Shown piece by piece: positions 22,218 to 24,114 of a stretch of 24,114 nucleotides of DNA (positions are counted from its first letter, which is position 1; every line of letters begins with the position of its first letter). Source of the stretch: Pseudomonadota bacterium (lineage in GTDB: Bacteria > Bdellovibrionota > UBA1018 > CAIMNF01); assembly GCA_027482725.1 (NCBI GenBank), contig JAIXVT010000030.1, forward strand, positions 1 to 24,114, in the 5' to 3' direction. The notes under the pieces were generated by a model that was not told where the DNA came from, ran no database searches, and saw only the letters and a list, made by a program, of their open reading frames with translations. Made by a program: the position numbers and the translations under genes.

Positions 22218-24114
22218 ATGACCATCAGTTCATTTCATGTGGTGACGTTTGATCAGTGGGCAAAAAAAGAGGGGCTAGATGTCCCAGAGCGCGGGATTGC
22301 GGCCGTTTTAGAGCTTGCGGGTGAAGGGGCAACGGTGCCTTTTATGGCACGCTACCGCAAAGAGCGCACAGGAAATTTAGACGAAGTTCAAATTCAAAAA
22401 GTACTGGATGTTAAAGCATCTTGGGACGAGCTTTTATCCCGTAAAGAGTTCATTTGGGGCGAAATCGAAAGACAGGGCAAGCTCACGGATTCTCTAAAAG
22501 CATTAATTCAAACCAATTTAGACCGCACGGCGCTTGAGGACATCTATCTTCCGTACAAACAAAAACGGAAAACCAAGGCGACCTTGGCCAAAGAAGCCGG
22601 CCTTGAGCCTTTGGCGGATTGGCTTTGGAAAGTGGGTGGGGGAGAAATTACACCGGAACCCGGCCAAACTCCGGAGCTTTGGGCGTTTACGTTTAAAAAC
22701 GAACCCTTGGGGTTCAATGATGGACCGCAAGCACTCCAGGGTGCTGTGGATATTTTGGTTGAGCGCCTCAGTGAAAACCGAGACCTGCGACAAAGTGTTC
22801 GAGAAACCTTTTTTGACCGCGCTTACTTGAAATCACAGAAAGCAGAAAAAGCAAAAAAAGACTCTAAGTTTGAGATGTATTTTGATTTTTCCGAGCGGTT
22901 ACAATCGTTGTTACAGAAAAAAAATTCTCACCGCTATTTGGCTATCCGACGAGGGTGGATCGAAGAAGAACTTTCAATCCAATTTTGCCAAGAATCCAAG
23001 GAAAATTTGGATGAGCTGTTTGTCGGCGATTTTCTAAAAGCCGCAAATGCACACCATGACAGTTCGACGAAATCCTTTTTGGAAAAAGCTGCAAAAACCG
23101 CGTTAAAAGTTCATGTTTTGCCCAGTATAGAGAATGAGGGGCATAAGGCGCTTAAAGATAACGCCGATGAAGCCGCAATTGCGGTGTTTTCAGAAAACGT
23201 GCGTAAAGTATTGCTGTCGTCCCCCTTTGGGCCGCGTTCTGTTTTGGGCATCGATCCTGGAATCCGAACGGGATGTAAAATTGCCTTGATTGACGATTCG
23301 GGAAAGTTCTTGAAAGATGCGGTCGTTTATCTACAAACCGAAGACCAAAAACAACAGGCCAAGCAGCTTTTGACCGCCTTGGTTCAGTCCGGTGTTGTCC
23401 AAGCCATCGCGGTAGGGAACGGCACTGCAGGACGAGAAACCGAACGCTTTGTCCGTGAGATCTTGAAAGAATTGAATTCGGATATTTTGATCGCACTCGT
23501 CGCAGAAACAGGAGCGAGCGTTTATTCGGCCAGCTCTGCCGCACGAGAAGAGTTTCCGGAATTAGATGTGACCGTGCGGGGAGCGATTTCGATTGCGCGT
23601 AGATTTCAAGATCCGTTGGCGGAACTTGTAAAGATTGATCCTAAAAGCGTTGGGGTAGGGCAGTATCAGCACGATGTGTCGCAGACGGCACTAAAACGCG
23701 CGTTGGAGCTTGTTGTGGACATTTGTGTGAACTCCGTTGGGGTCAATGTCAATACCGCAAGTCCCTATCTCTTGGCGCGCGTATCCGGGATTGGTGAGGC
23801 TCTGGCGCGGTCGGTGATTCAGTACCGTAACGACCACGGGATTTTTAAATCGCGAGAAGACCTTAAAAAAGTTCCAAGATTCTCTGAAAAAACATTCGAA
23901 TTGGCGGCGGGGTTTTTGCGTATTCCTGAAAGCGAGAATGTTTTAGATCATACCGGCGTACACCCGGAGAAGTACGGTGTATTGGGCGATCTCGCTCAGG
24001 TTGCGCAAAAGGATATCCGATCATTTGTGGGTTCGGGTGCTCGGGACATAAAGAGAATTCCTGGCGCTAAAGAAAAGCTGGGGGAATTCACTCTCGATGA
24101 CATTATTCGGGAAC
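22218..24114 (+). CDS. tex: Tex family transcription accessory/RNA-binding protein, 3'-truncated by the window edge (absent from the ORF track)
   Basis: My translation from ATG 22218 gives EGATVPFMARYRKERTGNLDE, EDIYLPYKQKRKTKA, LGIDPGIRTGCK, VGNGTAGRET, GASVYSAS, QDPLAELVKIDPKSVGVGQYQHDV and GEFTLDDIIRE. Confidence 0.95.
   Translation, partial: MTISSFHVVTFDQWAKKEGLDVPERGIAAVLELAGEGATVPFMARYRKERTGNLDEVQIQKVLDVKASWDELLSRKEFIWGEIERQGKLTDSLKALIQTNLDRTALEDIYLPYKQKRKTKATLAKEAGLEPLADWLWKVGGGEITPEPGQTPELWAFTFKNEPLGFNDGPQALQGAVDILVERLSENRDLRQSVRETFFDRAYLKSQKAEKAKKDSKFEMYFDFSERLQSLLQKKNSHRYLAIRRGWIEEELSIQFCQESKENLDELFVGDFLKAANAHHDSSTKSFLEKAAKTALKVHVLPSIENEGHKALKDNADEAAIAVFSENVRKVLLSSPFGPRSVLGIDPGIRTGCKIALIDDSGKFLKDAVVYLQTEDQKQQAKQLLTALVQSGVVQAIAVGNGTAGRETERFVREILKELNSDILIALVAETGASVYSASSAAREEFPELDVTVRGAISIARRFQDPLAELVKIDPKSVGVGQYQHDVSQTALKRALELVVDICVNSVGVNVNTASPYLLARVSGIGEALARSVIQYRNDHGIFKSREDLKKVPRFSEKTFELAAGFLRIPESENVLDHTGVHPEKYGVLGDLAQVAQKDIRSFVGSGARDIKRIPGAKEKLGEFTLDDIIRE

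Noticed and set aside
22518-23544. Short ORFs 22518..22793(-), 22534..22830(+) and 23152..23544(-), and similar short ORFs elsewhere in the track
   Set aside because: They are alternative-frame or antisense shadows of well-supported genes (here tex) and carry no motifs.

Overview
Core-chromosome window from a bacterium, with no integrase, transposase, CRISPR array or prophage genes. Gene content (fadJ-type multifunctional enzyme, Cys-rich secreted metalloprotease, Tex, SUOX-like cytochrome c) suggests Bdellovibrionota or a related deltaproteobacterial lineage; this is inference only. Gene order: partial secF, recJ, a secreted hypothetical, queE (minus strand), a DUF4097-like/GT9/waaA/degenerate-Rossmann operon, an OMP-fadJ-lolE-ribE-ribBA-ribH-tRNA-Val(GAC) run, a secreted beta-rich protein, a sigma4/zinc anti-sigma/TM fusion (minus strand), a five-gene operon (cytochrome c, atypical QueD/PTPS, NMT1-type ABC importer with a homopolymer-frameshifted ATPase), a secreted HExxH protease, tRNA-Leu(GAG), a SEC-C protein and partial tex. 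The best unannotated signal is in the 3485-3857 intergenic region on the minus strand. It holds a c-di-GMP-I (GEMM) riboswitch aptamer (3754-3658) inside a predicted ~230-nt transcript that ends in a strong terminator 57 nt upstream of queE. It may be a c-di-GMP attenuator of queuosine synthesis or a standalone merRNA-like RNA. A weak, overlapping preQ1-I-like fold sits at its 5' end.
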